From positions 1 through 64,000 of the IMG/VR virus record IMGVR_UViG_3300050509_000221: a stretch of 64,000 nucleotides of DNA, one strand, 5' to 3'. Positions within the stretch are counted from its first letter, which is position 1. Every line of letters starts with the position of its first letter. This document shows positions 27,107 to 35,359 of this stretch, piece after piece. The notes beneath the pieces were generated by a model, which saw nothing but the letters and a program-made list of their open reading frames with translations, had not been told where the DNA came from and searched no databases. The position numbers were made by a program, and so were the translations under genes. Source of the stretch: a virus (taxonomy: Duplodnaviria > Caudoviricetes).

Positions 27107-27279
27107 CTTGGGCTCCTCGTGGTGCAACGGGTCACGCGCCGGTGGCGCGGGGTCTCGGTGCGACCGCTACGAGGGAGCCTCAAGGGCTTCCGCTCCGGTG
27201 CCACAGGGGCACCGGCGTCGTCGGAGGTCAGTATGGCACGCCCGGTTGTCGTGGGCGTGGATTCTCTCTGCGGGACGCG

Positions 27280-27314
27280 ACAGCGCCCCCGTCCGCTGGA
27301 ATCGGGGGCGCTGT
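27280..27314 (-). terminator. 12-bp perfect stem-loop downstream of tRNA-Met
   Basis: ACAGCGCCCCCG / CGGGGGCGCTGT. Confidence 0.55.
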
Positions 27315-27332
27315 GCTCACCGCCAGGAGGGC

Positions 27333-27409
27333 TGGTGGCAGGGGCGGGCTTCGATCCCGCGACTTCCTGGTTATGAGCCAGGCGAGCTGCCAGACTGCTC
27401 TACCCTGCT
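27333..27409 (-). tRNA. tRNA-Met(CAU), initiator-like, 77 nt, CCA encoded
   Basis: Full cloverleaf: AGCAGGG/CCCTGCC acceptor, GAGC/GCTC D stem, CCTGG-CTCATAA-CCAGG, GCGGG-ATCGAAG-CCCGC. Confidence 0.9.
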
Positions 27410-27416
27410 CCCCCGG

Positions 27417-27446
27417 ACTCTAGTCGCCTAGACCGACAGGTGTCAA
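27417..27446 (-). promoter_or_regulatory. Promoter of tRNA-Met with overlapping operator (27419-27432)
   Basis: TTGACA-18-TAGAGT, 7 nt before the tRNA 5' end; TCTAGTCGCCTAGA. Confidence 0.8.
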
Positions 27447-28160
27447 CCGTTCGGCGAGTAGGGCGCGCATCTCGTCCGGTTTGCCCGACGCGTGGAGGTA
27501 CCGGATCTCCAGGGCATGGTTCGTGTCGTACACCACGCCGGGGTCGGCCCGCGGGTGGTACAGGTGCCAGAGCGGAGCAACACCCCGCCAGTGGGGGCCC
27601 GCGAGGGTGTCGAGCGCATGGCCGAACGCGGCGTCTTCGCCACCCCACCCCTCGAAGCGTTCATCGAACCCGCCGACTGTCTCCCATGCGTCGCGCGACA
27701 CGACGAGGATCCCACCACCGGGGACACCGAGGTAGGGGGCACGTTGGCCGTCCTGGCGGGACACAGGCCCGACGGCGACATGGACGCCATGCCGGTAGAG
27801 GGAGCTGGTCGTGTCGGAGTTGAGCCGGTACACCATCCGGTGCGGCACCGCCCACGATGCTCCCCGGTCGACCGCGTCGACCGCACGCTCGAGCGCGGCG
27901 GGTTCGACGAGGCAGTCGGCGTCATGAACCACGATCACACGCCCGGTCGTCGCGGTGACCGCGGCGTTCACCGCGCGGGGTTTCGACCATCCGGTGTGGG
28001 GCTCTACCGCGAAGCACGCCGGCCAGTCGGGGTGCATCGCGTGGAGGTAGCGACGGACGAACGCGGCGGCGCGAGCTCGGATGCGGGACCCGCCACGCCG
28101 GTACGGGACGATCAGGACGGGCACAGCAACGCCCGGTAGCGGGGCGCCCACCGTTCCCAT
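27420..28160 (-). CDS. Glycosyltransferase, GT-A fold (GT2/GT7-C)
   Basis: LIVPYR, VHDAD, GGFDERFEGWGGED; start may be 28124. Confidence 0.85.
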   Translation of the reverse strand: MGTVGAPLPGVAVPVLIVPYRRGGSRIRARAAAFVRRYLHAMHPDWPACFAVEPHTGWSKPRAVNAAVTATTGRVIVVHDADCLVEPAALERAVDAVDRGASWAVPHRMVYRLNSDTTSSLYRHGVHVAVGPVSRQDGQRAPYLGVPGGGILVVSRDAWETVGGFDERFEGWGGEDAAFGHALDTLAGPHWRGVAPLWHLYHPRADPGVVYDTNHALEIRYLHASGKPDEMRALLAERLTPVGLGD

Positions 28161-29122
28161 GACATCTCGTCGGCCCACGCGAGCGCACGACGCGAGAGCA
28201 GTTGTACCCGCTGAGGGTTGGTGGCGAGGTCGTCGATCGTCGCGGCGAGGACACGCGGGTCCACGCTGTACGCGTCGAACAGGCCGCCTTTCATCCGCAC
28301 CCGATCCGCCCGCGCGACAGGTACCGGCTCGACGTGCGGCCACGCAGCCTGCGGGGCGAGGTCGGACATCACGACCGGGATGCCTTGCGCGGCGGCTTCC
28401 TGCGCCGGGAGACACAACCCGCCGTATCGGCGTGGGAGGAGCATGACGTCCACGTCGTCGGGATACGCGTCGAAGTACGCGCTGTCGGTGTGTTCGAGTT
28501 CGAGGAGCTTCACGTTCGGTGGCATGTCGCGTGGGGCACGTGCGATCTCGCCGCGGGTGCGGGCACCACGGATCACGATCTCGATGTCGGCGGTGACGTG
28601 ACGGAGCGCGGCGGCGACGAGGCCCGTGCCGTTGCGGTCGGCCATCGCGGGTGACGCCGGATGGTAGAACCGGCGTGCTTCGCGCCGTTCACGCGCGGTG
28701 AACCGGTCACACGCGATGGGGACGGGCAACAACGTCGCGTGGGGGAACCGCTCGGCAAGCCATGGTGTTGGCAGGACGACCTGGGCGCCGTGGGCTTCGC
28801 CGTCCCACATCTCCGGGTTGGCTTGGACGATCACACGGCAGCCGTGCTCGTGTGCGATGTTCACGAAGTCGGGCGAGTAGACGGTCTCCGCGGTGAACAC
28901 GACATCGAGACCATCGACGAACTTGTCGATGTGTGCCGGCTGTGGGAGGCCGGGGATCCAGGTGACGTGCTCGCCGTACCGTTCGGAGTCGCAGACACCG
29001 CGGGTGCGGTGGTCGGTGAGGACGACGAGGGTTCGGTCGGGTGTGAGGTGCCGGTAGAACTCGGCGGTCTGGACGCCAAGACCGCCCGAGTCGCATCGGG
29101 CAACGAGACCAACGTGGGTCAC
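28112..29122 (-). CDS. Glycosyltransferase, GT-B fold (GT4-like)
   Basis: GGLGVQT N-terminus; PRRYGGLCLPAQEAAAQGIPVV. Confidence 0.85.
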   Translation of the reverse strand: MTHVGLVARCDSGGLGVQTAEFYRHLTPDRTLVVLTDHRTRGVCDSERYGEHVTWIPGLPQPAHIDKFVDGLDVVFTAETVYSPDFVNIAHEHGCRVIVQANPEMWDGEAHGAQVVLPTPWLAERFPHATLLPVPIACDRFTARERREARRFYHPASPAMADRNGTGLVAAALRHVTADIEIVIRGARTRGEIARAPRDMPPNVKLLELEHTDSAYFDAYPDDVDVMLLPRRYGGLCLPAQEAAAQGIPVVMSDLAPQAAWPHVEPVPVARADRVRMKGGLFDAYSVDPRVLAATIDDLATNPQRVQLLSRRALAWADEMSWERWAPRYRALLCPS

Positions 29123-30792
29123 GTGAACCTCATGTCGTACTTGTCGCCGTCGCCCCGCGAATCCAAGTGCGTCGAGCGTTTGATCGAACCGTCAGGCGCG
29201 TAGAGCCATAGGCGCCATTCCTCCCAGCCGGTGACGCCATGGTCACGACAGGCGTTCTCGACGATGCCGTACACGCGGTCTTCGATCATCGACCGGGACG
29301 ACTCGGGGAACACACGGTCGATGAGCTGGCGGTACCAGAGGGTGCGGGCCAGGTGGGGTCGTTGGGACCATTGCTCGGTGCGGAGCATCGGTGCGCCTGC
29401 GATGACGCGCGGTTCCCGGTCGAGCATGAGGTGACGGTGTGGTTCGAGGACGTGGGTTTCGTGGTGGAGTCGGATGACGTTCGCACGGCCGGTGTGCATC
29501 GCGGCACACAACGCCGACCAGTCGATGTCACCGACGAGGGGGGTGTCGTGCTCGACGAACAGGACGAGTGGGGTGCGGACCTGTGTGAGTGCGTGGCGGG
29601 CGACGTTCGCCTGGTGTCCCCACGTGTCCATGAGGACGGGGACGACGTTGTGCCACCGGTGGTTCGTCAACCAGACGAGGCGACGCAGGTATTCGTCGTA
29701 CGCGTCGCGGAGGTGTTCCTGTTCTGGGCGTACCCCGTCCGCGCAGACGACGATCTCGCAGTCACCGAGCGAGGCGCGTATGGACTCGATGGTTTCTTCG
29801 ATGTGCGCGGTGCTCGGATGCAACCCGGCGGGTGAGGTCGGCATGACGACGGTGATCTCGTCCGCAGGTCTGTCCATCGTGCGTGGTTCACCGCGGAGGT
29901 CCGCGAGTTGGTCGTGGAACCGGTAGGCGAGGTCGCGCTTCCACTGCTGCCACCAAGCGCCTACCCGGTTCGCGTTCGCGGGCCAACCATCGAGGATCTC
30001 GCGCATTGTCGCCGGTGCGTGTTCCCACTCCCCCACGACCGGGAACGGTGGCGGGCCACCGAAGATGTACGTCCAGTAGTCATCCGCGCGACCGCCGGGT
30101 GTTGCACCGTCAGCGAGTGGGATGCACCCGGCTTCGAGGGCTTCGTAGAGACGGAACGTGTCGGGGGTGTGCAGCCCGGACGGGCAGGGCGCGACCTTCG
30201 CTGACGCGAGACCATGCGCGTAGTCGCCGTGTGCCCGGCCTTGCGTGAACCCTGGCGAGGGGAGCAGCAGCCCGTTCGGTTGGTCACGGAACGCGGCGGC
30301 CATGTCGTCGCGGCGTGCATGGTTGAGTTGCCCGGCGAAGTACCAGTCGAGTGGCTTGTCTGGTGCCGTGTTGGGGAGGCAGGCACGGAACCAGGGTGGG
30401 TAGCCGGACCCGAGAGGTTGCGCGCAGCCGTCCATCGCAGCAACTTGGCCGCCCATCTTCCAGACGCGTACGCCGTCGTGGGTGACGTCACGCCACGGGA
30501 AGGCGTCTTCCTCGTCGCCGGTGAGCGCGACCAGGCACCACGCCATGCGGGTCATCTCACGCTCGAGTTCTGCGACGTGCTCGACGTTCTGGCGAGCAGC
30601 AACGACCATCACGCCACCGCGACCGTCGGGGAGGCGAGCTCCGTGCATGTTCGTGAACGAGGGCGAGCCGGGCACCCGCCACGCTGTACCAGCGAGCACG
30701 TCGGACAAGAGGCCGCGGTCCCAGTACTCGTCGTCTGCGTGGTCACCCCAGTAGAGGACGTGGGGTAGCTCAATGGCTCGTCCTACCGGCAT
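29119..30792 (-). CDS. Two-domain glycosyltransferase: exostosin/GT47-like plus GT-A
   Basis: APCPSG...DTFRLYEALEAGCIP (GT47-like); ITVVMPT...VCADGV...FVEHD (GT-A). Confidence 0.75.
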   Translation of the reverse strand: MPVGRAIELPHVLYWGDHADDEYWDRGLLSDVLAGTAWRVPGSPSFTNMHGARLPDGRGGVMVVAARQNVEHVAELEREMTRMAWCLVALTGDEEDAFPWRDVTHDGVRVWKMGGQVAAMDGCAQPLGSGYPPWFRACLPNTAPDKPLDWYFAGQLNHARRDDMAAAFRDQPNGLLLPSPGFTQGRAHGDYAHGLASAKVAPCPSGLHTPDTFRLYEALEAGCIPLADGATPGGRADDYWTYIFGGPPPFPVVGEWEHAPATMREILDGWPANANRVGAWWQQWKRDLAYRFHDQLADLRGEPRTMDRPADEITVVMPTSPAGLHPSTAHIEETIESIRASLGDCEIVVCADGVRPEQEHLRDAYDEYLRRLVWLTNHRWHNVVPVLMDTWGHQANVARHALTQVRTPLVLFVEHDTPLVGDIDWSALCAAMHTGRANVIRLHHETHVLEPHRHLMLDREPRVIAGAPMLRTEQWSQRPHLARTLWYRQLIDRVFPESSRSMIEDRVYGIVENACRDHGVTGWEEWRLWLYAPDGSIKRSTHLDSRGDGDKYDMRFT

Positions 30793-31658
30793 GGTGATGC
30801 GCCGTCGAGGTTGATCGCGTCTTCGCGTTCGATCGGATAGAAGAGCACGTGGTGTTCGTGGTCGTAGCCAAGATGCACCGCCCAGTACCGGTGGTCGTGC
30901 ATCCAGTCGTGCAGGTCCCGCTCGTACTGGTCGTACATGTGGAACATGAACTCGGGATGCACCGAGCACCAGACGAGGGGACGCTGCTCGGTGAGTGTGT
31001 GGTCTGCGCCGCGGAGGACGTGCAGCTCGGCGCCTTCGACGTCAATGGTGATCGCGTCGGGTGGTCGACCGGTCGCGGCGGCCATCTGGTCGATGGTGAT
31101 GCTGGGCACGTCGGGTCGTTCCGACAGGTTGAGAAACCCGTGGTCGCCGATGAGTGGCCCGGACGCGCACGCAGGCCACTTGCCGTCGCGGGGAAGTACG
31201 TGCTCGGCGACGAACTCGCGCGACACCCGTTCGCCCGACCCAGCGAAACCGACCCAGGTGGCGATCGGCGCGGCGAGAGCGTTCGCTTCCCAGATGGCAC
31301 GGATGTTGGGCCACACGCGCGGGTTCGGCTCGAACAGCACCGCACCCCCTCCCCCTGTCCTCGCGCACGACTGCCACCAGCACAGCGGGCCTTGAGCCGC
31401 GCGCACATCGGTCGCGGGATACCCCCCGCAGTTGGGACAGCGGCCGGCGTCTGCGACCCATGACGCATACAGCGCGGAGAGGTCGCCTTCTTCGGTGCCG
31501 ATGTCGTAGAGCACCATGCCCGGCCGCAAGTTGGCGTGCATCGACTGGACACGCTCGACTTCCCAGCCGGTCCACTCGGGCCGCGCTGCGCGGTGCTCCG
31601 GGAGGAGCAGGTTCCAGCGGCCGTTGATCGTGGTGGGGACCATCGCTACATCAGTCAC
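30783..31658 (-). CDS. FkbM-family methyltransferase
   Basis: YDIGTEEG, LFEPNP, ITIDVEGAELHVLRG. Confidence 0.85.
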   Translation of the reverse strand: MTDVAMVPTTINGRWNLLLPEHRAARPEWTGWEVERVQSMHANLRPGMVLYDIGTEEGDLSALYASWVADAGRCPNCGGYPATDVRAAQGPLCWWQSCARTGGGGAVLFEPNPRVWPNIRAIWEANALAAPIATWVGFAGSGERVSREFVAEHVLPRDGKWPACASGPLIGDHGFLNLSERPDVPSITIDQMAAATGRPPDAITIDVEGAELHVLRGADHTLTEQRPLVWCSVHPEFMFHMYDQYERDLHDWMHDHRYWAVHLGYDHEHHVLFYPIEREDAINLDGASPCR

Positions 31659-32629
31659 GGTCGGTCTCCGAACACAGTGGCGAGGATGGTGCGGGCACGG
31701 ATCGTGTACGTGTGCTCCGCACGGATCGTCGCGGCGATGCGTTGCCGGGTGCCGCCACGCGCGTACGCGTCGCCGAGCCACCCGTCGATGCAGTCACGCA
31801 ACGCCGACCAGTCACCCGCGTCCCACGTGGAACCGGGGTAACCCTCCCCGAGTTGTTCGACGAGCGCGTCGACGCGCGGGTGGATGAGGAACCCGCCGCG
31901 ACCCCACGTCTCCGGCACCCGATCCGACCAGTACGCACGGTCTGCACGCACGAAGCACGAGTCGCCAACGATGACCGGCACCGACGCGTAGAACCGGTTG
32001 AGGTCGCCGCCGCGGAGCGTCCCGATCGGGCCGCCGTTGCCGACATGGACGAACTGGTCGCCGTACCAGTCGGTGAGGTGTGCGACGAGCTCGCGGCGGT
32101 GCCCGTGTTCGGGGTGGTAGTTCCCGCCGAGCGCGGTGGGTGCGCTGCCGACGAATCCGACCTTGACGCCGGCCCATTTCTCGTCGGGTGTGGCGTCGTA
32201 ACACTCGGGGGCGTACACGGCGGGGGGCATCCAGTGGTGGTTGATCCCGCACGTGGACCAGTCGGTGTCGTGGGCGCCGTCGGTGGAGAACAGGTGATCC
32301 ATGCGGAAGAGCGGGTCGGACTTGTCGCGCACCCACCGTTCCCGTTCGGGGAGTCCCCAGAACAAGTCAAGGTGGAACCCGACGGTTGGGATGCCCCGCT
32401 CGCGGCAACGACGTGCGAACTGTGGGGTGACCGCGGAGCGTGTCCCCCACGGGCGGGTGAGGAGGAACACGTCAGGCTGGTAGCTGTCAAGCAAGAAGAG
32501 CAGGCCGATGGGGTCGGTGTCTTGTGGTGCGACGAGCATCACGTCGTGGCCGAGGGCACGGAACGACTCGGTGAGGTGTACCTCGGTACACCACGGGACG
32601 ATGTCGTTGCCTTCGTAGAGGATCTTCAC
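31655..32629 (-). CDS. CgeB/DUF3880-like glycosyltransferase
   Basis: VGFVGS...YWSDRVPETWGRGGFLI...EHTYTIRA. Confidence 0.8.
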   Translation of the reverse strand: MKILYEGNDIVPWCTEVHLTESFRALGHDVMLVAPQDTDPIGLLFLLDSYQPDVFLLTRPWGTRSAVTPQFARRCRERGIPTVGFHLDLFWGLPERERWVRDKSDPLFRMDHLFSTDGAHDTDWSTCGINHHWMPPAVYAPECYDATPDEKWAGVKVGFVGSAPTALGGNYHPEHGHRRELVAHLTDWYGDQFVHVGNGGPIGTLRGGDLNRFYASVPVIVGDSCFVRADRAYWSDRVPETWGRGGFLIHPRVDALVEQLGEGYPGSTWDAGDWSALRDCIDGWLGDAYARGGTRQRIAATIRAEHTYTIRARTILATVFGDRP

Positions 32630-32736
32630 TGCTCGTATCCGGCAGCGCGTGTCTCGAGTTCGGCGACGACGTTGCAGATCGCGATCGTGACGGTGAGTCC
32701 AACCGCGACGAGGAGCAGCCGTCGCCAGTGCGTCAT
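32626..32736 (-). CDS. 36-aa single-TM peptide
   Basis: MTHWRRLLLVAVGLTVTIAIC; ATGA and GTGA overlaps. Confidence 0.55.
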   Translation of the reverse strand: MTHWRRLLLVAVGLTVTIAICNVVAELETRAAGYEQ

Positions 32737-34085
32737 CGTGCATCCTCTCCTACCGGGGCGCGCAAGATCCGCGCGCTGAGGGCACGGTGAGCCGCGACCG
32801 GGTCGTCCAGGTGCGGCTTCGCCGCGTCAAGCAGCTCGGCGTGCGTGAGATGCGCGCCATTCAGCGCCGGGAGCGGGTAGCGGTTCGTGGATCCCGTCAC
32901 GAGGTCCCCGAGACGCTGAGCCTGGTCGCCGTCGAGGGGGCCGAACTCTTCGACGAGGTCAGCGCGCCCGGGACGCACGAGCGCCGGGTCGAGCGACGCG
33001 AGGTCGTTCGTGGTCATCACGGTCACCAGCCCATGAGGGGTGGCGATCCCGTCAAGCGCGTTCAGGAGACCTGAAAGCGTGACGCCCTTGCGGTCGTCGT
33101 CGCGTGTCGTTGCCGCGTGCACGACGTCGATGTCTTCGAGGATCAGCACGGAGCGTGCGTCAACGTTGGCGAGGAGCCCCATGAGGTGCGCGTCTGCCTC
33201 AAGGTCTGAGAGCGGGAGGAGATGCACGTCTAGGCCGAAGTGCCCAGCGAGCGCCGTTGCCAGTGACGTCTTCCCGCAGCCGGGCGGCCCGTGGAATAGC
33301 AGACCGTGATGCCATGGGATCCCGACCCGCGAGTACAGGCCCTCGGCGGCGAGGAACCCCGCGAGGTCAGCGACAATCCGCTCGCGCTGGTCGGCTGGAA
33401 GGATGACCGTGTCGAGCGACCTGAGTGGCACCTCGCGCACGCGGCGCCACTCACCCCACCGAGTCGCAATCCACATGCGTGGCCGGACCTCGCTCCCGGC
33501 GAGGCGTTCAGCGGCGAGCTGCGTGAGGAACGCAAGGACAGCGTCGCGTGACCGTTCGCCGTAGCAGGTGAACTCGACGGACTTCATGGCTCGCGACCAG
33601 GAGTCACCATGAGTGTTGACCGAGAGGGTGAGGCCTTCACCGAGGGACTTCTGGTTGATCTTCACTGAGACACGGTGACCTGCGATGCGGACGTTCTGCG
33701 CGACGGTCCCGTCGTAGAGGGCCCGCATGTCGGGCGGGTCCGTCTGACGGGACGAGCCCTCCGGCTCTATGGGCTGATCGTCGTACGAGCTGGCGCGGCG
33801 GCGTGTACGGATGGTCAGCGCGCGCCGTGACCGCGCTGGCACTTGATCGGTGAGCCAGTCGGAGATGGCGTCGTACACCTCGTCGGCCGCTGGGACGGAC
33901 ACGGTGTACGTGATCCTGCCGCGGCCCTTGTCGTACGCCTTCTTGCCAACCTCATAGACGGCGAGACCGACTGTGAGCGCGCGTGCGGCGCGCAGGGTGC
34001 GCGGGCCCTTCGCGAGGGCGAGCGCAGGACGCAACCAGCCCGCCCCGGCGTTCTCGGGAACAGCGAGGCGTTCGGTCACACTCAC
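32733..34085 (-). CDS. BCS1-type AAA ATPase
   Basis: BCS1_N-like N-terminus; GPPGCGKT, LEDID, TLSGLLNALDG, TTN..LDPALVRPGR. Confidence 0.85.
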   Translation of the reverse strand: MSVTERLAVPENAGAGWLRPALALAKGPRTLRAARALTVGLAVYEVGKKAYDKGRGRITYTVSVPAADEVYDAISDWLTDQVPARSRRALTIRTRRRASSYDDQPIEPEGSSRQTDPPDMRALYDGTVAQNVRIAGHRVSVKINQKSLGEGLTLSVNTHGDSWSRAMKSVEFTCYGERSRDAVLAFLTQLAAERLAGSEVRPRMWIATRWGEWRRVREVPLRSLDTVILPADQRERIVADLAGFLAAEGLYSRVGIPWHHGLLFHGPPGCGKTSLATALAGHFGLDVHLLPLSDLEADAHLMGLLANVDARSVLILEDIDVVHAATTRDDDRKGVTLSGLLNALDGIATPHGLVTVMTTNDLASLDPALVRPGRADLVEEFGPLDGDQAQRLGDLVTGSTNRYPLPALNGAHLTHAELLDAAKPHLDDPVAAHRALSARILRAPVGEDAR

Positions 34086-34378
34086 CGGTCGAGGGTGATG
34101 CCGTCGCGGTGTCGTTCCACGGCCGGGTCGTCGAGCACCTTGATCCGTAGTCCCGCGGCACGGATCCACCCGAGGTTCAACGTGAGTCGCGGCTTGCCCG
34201 TCGCCACGATGCTCTCGGTGTCTGCGACGTCGTAGTCGAGGCCGCCGATGGCGATGCCGTCGTACATGACGGTGCCGTTCGGTCGCACCTCGATCGGCCA
34301 GTCGACCTGACGTTCGATCGGCAGCCAGCCCTCGATCGGCTCGTCGATGGGCGTCGTAGGGTTGTCGTTGGTCGGCAT
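34082..34378 (-). CDS. Hypothetical protein
   Basis: RBS GGAGG; coupled ORF. Confidence 0.6.
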   Translation of the reverse strand: MPTNDNPTTPIDEPIEGWLPIERQVDWPIEVRPNGTVMYDGIAIGGLDYDVADTESIVATGKPRLTLNLGWIRAAGLRIKVLDDPAVERHRDGITLDR

Positions 34379-34410
34379 GCGTTGGGCCTCCTCGTCCCTC
34401 GGCGTGATGT

Positions 34411-35136
34411 TCAGTCCGCGGCCGCGATTGCTTCCTCGATCGCGGCGCAGTGGTCGTCGATCAGACCCCGTGCCCGTCCCGGTAGGCCGCCGAGCGCAGC
34501 GACTAGCGCGACGTCGGCGAGTCGTTCGGGGAGTTCGTCGTCGATCGCGGCGGGACCACCGTCACCGCCGATGTACACCTCACCGGAGAGTCCCGCAGCA
34601 CGGCGCATGAGCGGGAAGCCGGGGTTGTTGACGAGCTGCGCGCCGGTCATGTCCCACGCCTTCGAGTGCGGGTGGACACGCCAGTCGCCCGACAGGGCAG
34701 ACGCACGCGCGACGGCGAGTTGGAGGTCGTCGACGTCGGGCCAGAGGGCACCGAGGGCGATGATGTGCCCGTCGTGGTCCTGGTACCGGACTCGCATGAT
34801 CTGGCTTGCGGTGTTGTCGTAGTGCTTCACCGCTTCGTCGAACCGGGCGGAGACCCGCGCATGGTTCACACCGCCACCGATGTTCGCGGTGTGGACGAGG
34901 TCACCTTCGGCGGTGATCGTGTCGCCCTGGTGTGCGGCGGCGTACGCCGTTGGGGAGACCGGTGGTCGCCAGCAGCCGGGTTGGCCGTCGAGGATGCACT
35001 GGTCGTGTGGCGCGATGGTCGCGGCGACACGGCCGGCTTCGTCGCCGTCGGTGACGATCGTCAGGTGTTCACCGACGGTGAACCAGTCCGGCAGTTCGTC
35101 GAACCAGGCGCGGGGCGGGTGGAGCGGGAAGAGCAC
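34411..35136 (-). CDS. Putative capsid maturation protease-like protein
   Basis: Head module position; GRVAA..A...C..G..C..PP and SGDWR motifs resemble actinophage prohead protease domains. Confidence 0.45.
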   Translation of the reverse strand: MLFPLHPPRAWFDELPDWFTVGEHLTIVTDGDEAGRVAATIAPHDQCILDGQPGCWRPPVSPTAYAAAHQGDTITAEGDLVHTANIGGGVNHARVSARFDEAVKHYDNTASQIMRVRYQDHDGHIIALGALWPDVDDLQLAVARASALSGDWRVHPHSKAWDMTGAQLVNNPGFPLMRRAAGLSGEVYIGGDGGPAAIDDELPERLADVALVAALGGLPGRARGLIDDHCAAIEEAIAAAD

Positions 35137-35139
35137 CGA

Positions 35140-35334
35140 TCAGTCCGTGCCCATGCCTTGGAGGGCATCCTGGACGCCTGCTTCCTCAAGCGCGGCGAGG
35201 CGACCTTCGAGGTCAGCGACGGTTGCTTCGAGGTCGTCGATGCGGGCGTTCGGGTCGGGTGGTTCGTCGATCGGGGTGAGCGCAGCCTGACGGGCGGCGA
35301 CACGGCCGGTGATCCGTTCGAGTGGGGTCTCCAT
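35140..35334 (-). CDS. Small coiled-coil protein
   Basis: RIDDLEATVADLEGRLAALE. Confidence 0.6.
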   Translation of the reverse strand: METPLERITGRVAARQAALTPIDEPPDPNARIDDLEATVADLEGRLAALEEAGVQDALQGMGTD

Positions 35335-35359
35335 GCGGGGCGACGGTACGCATCGCCCC

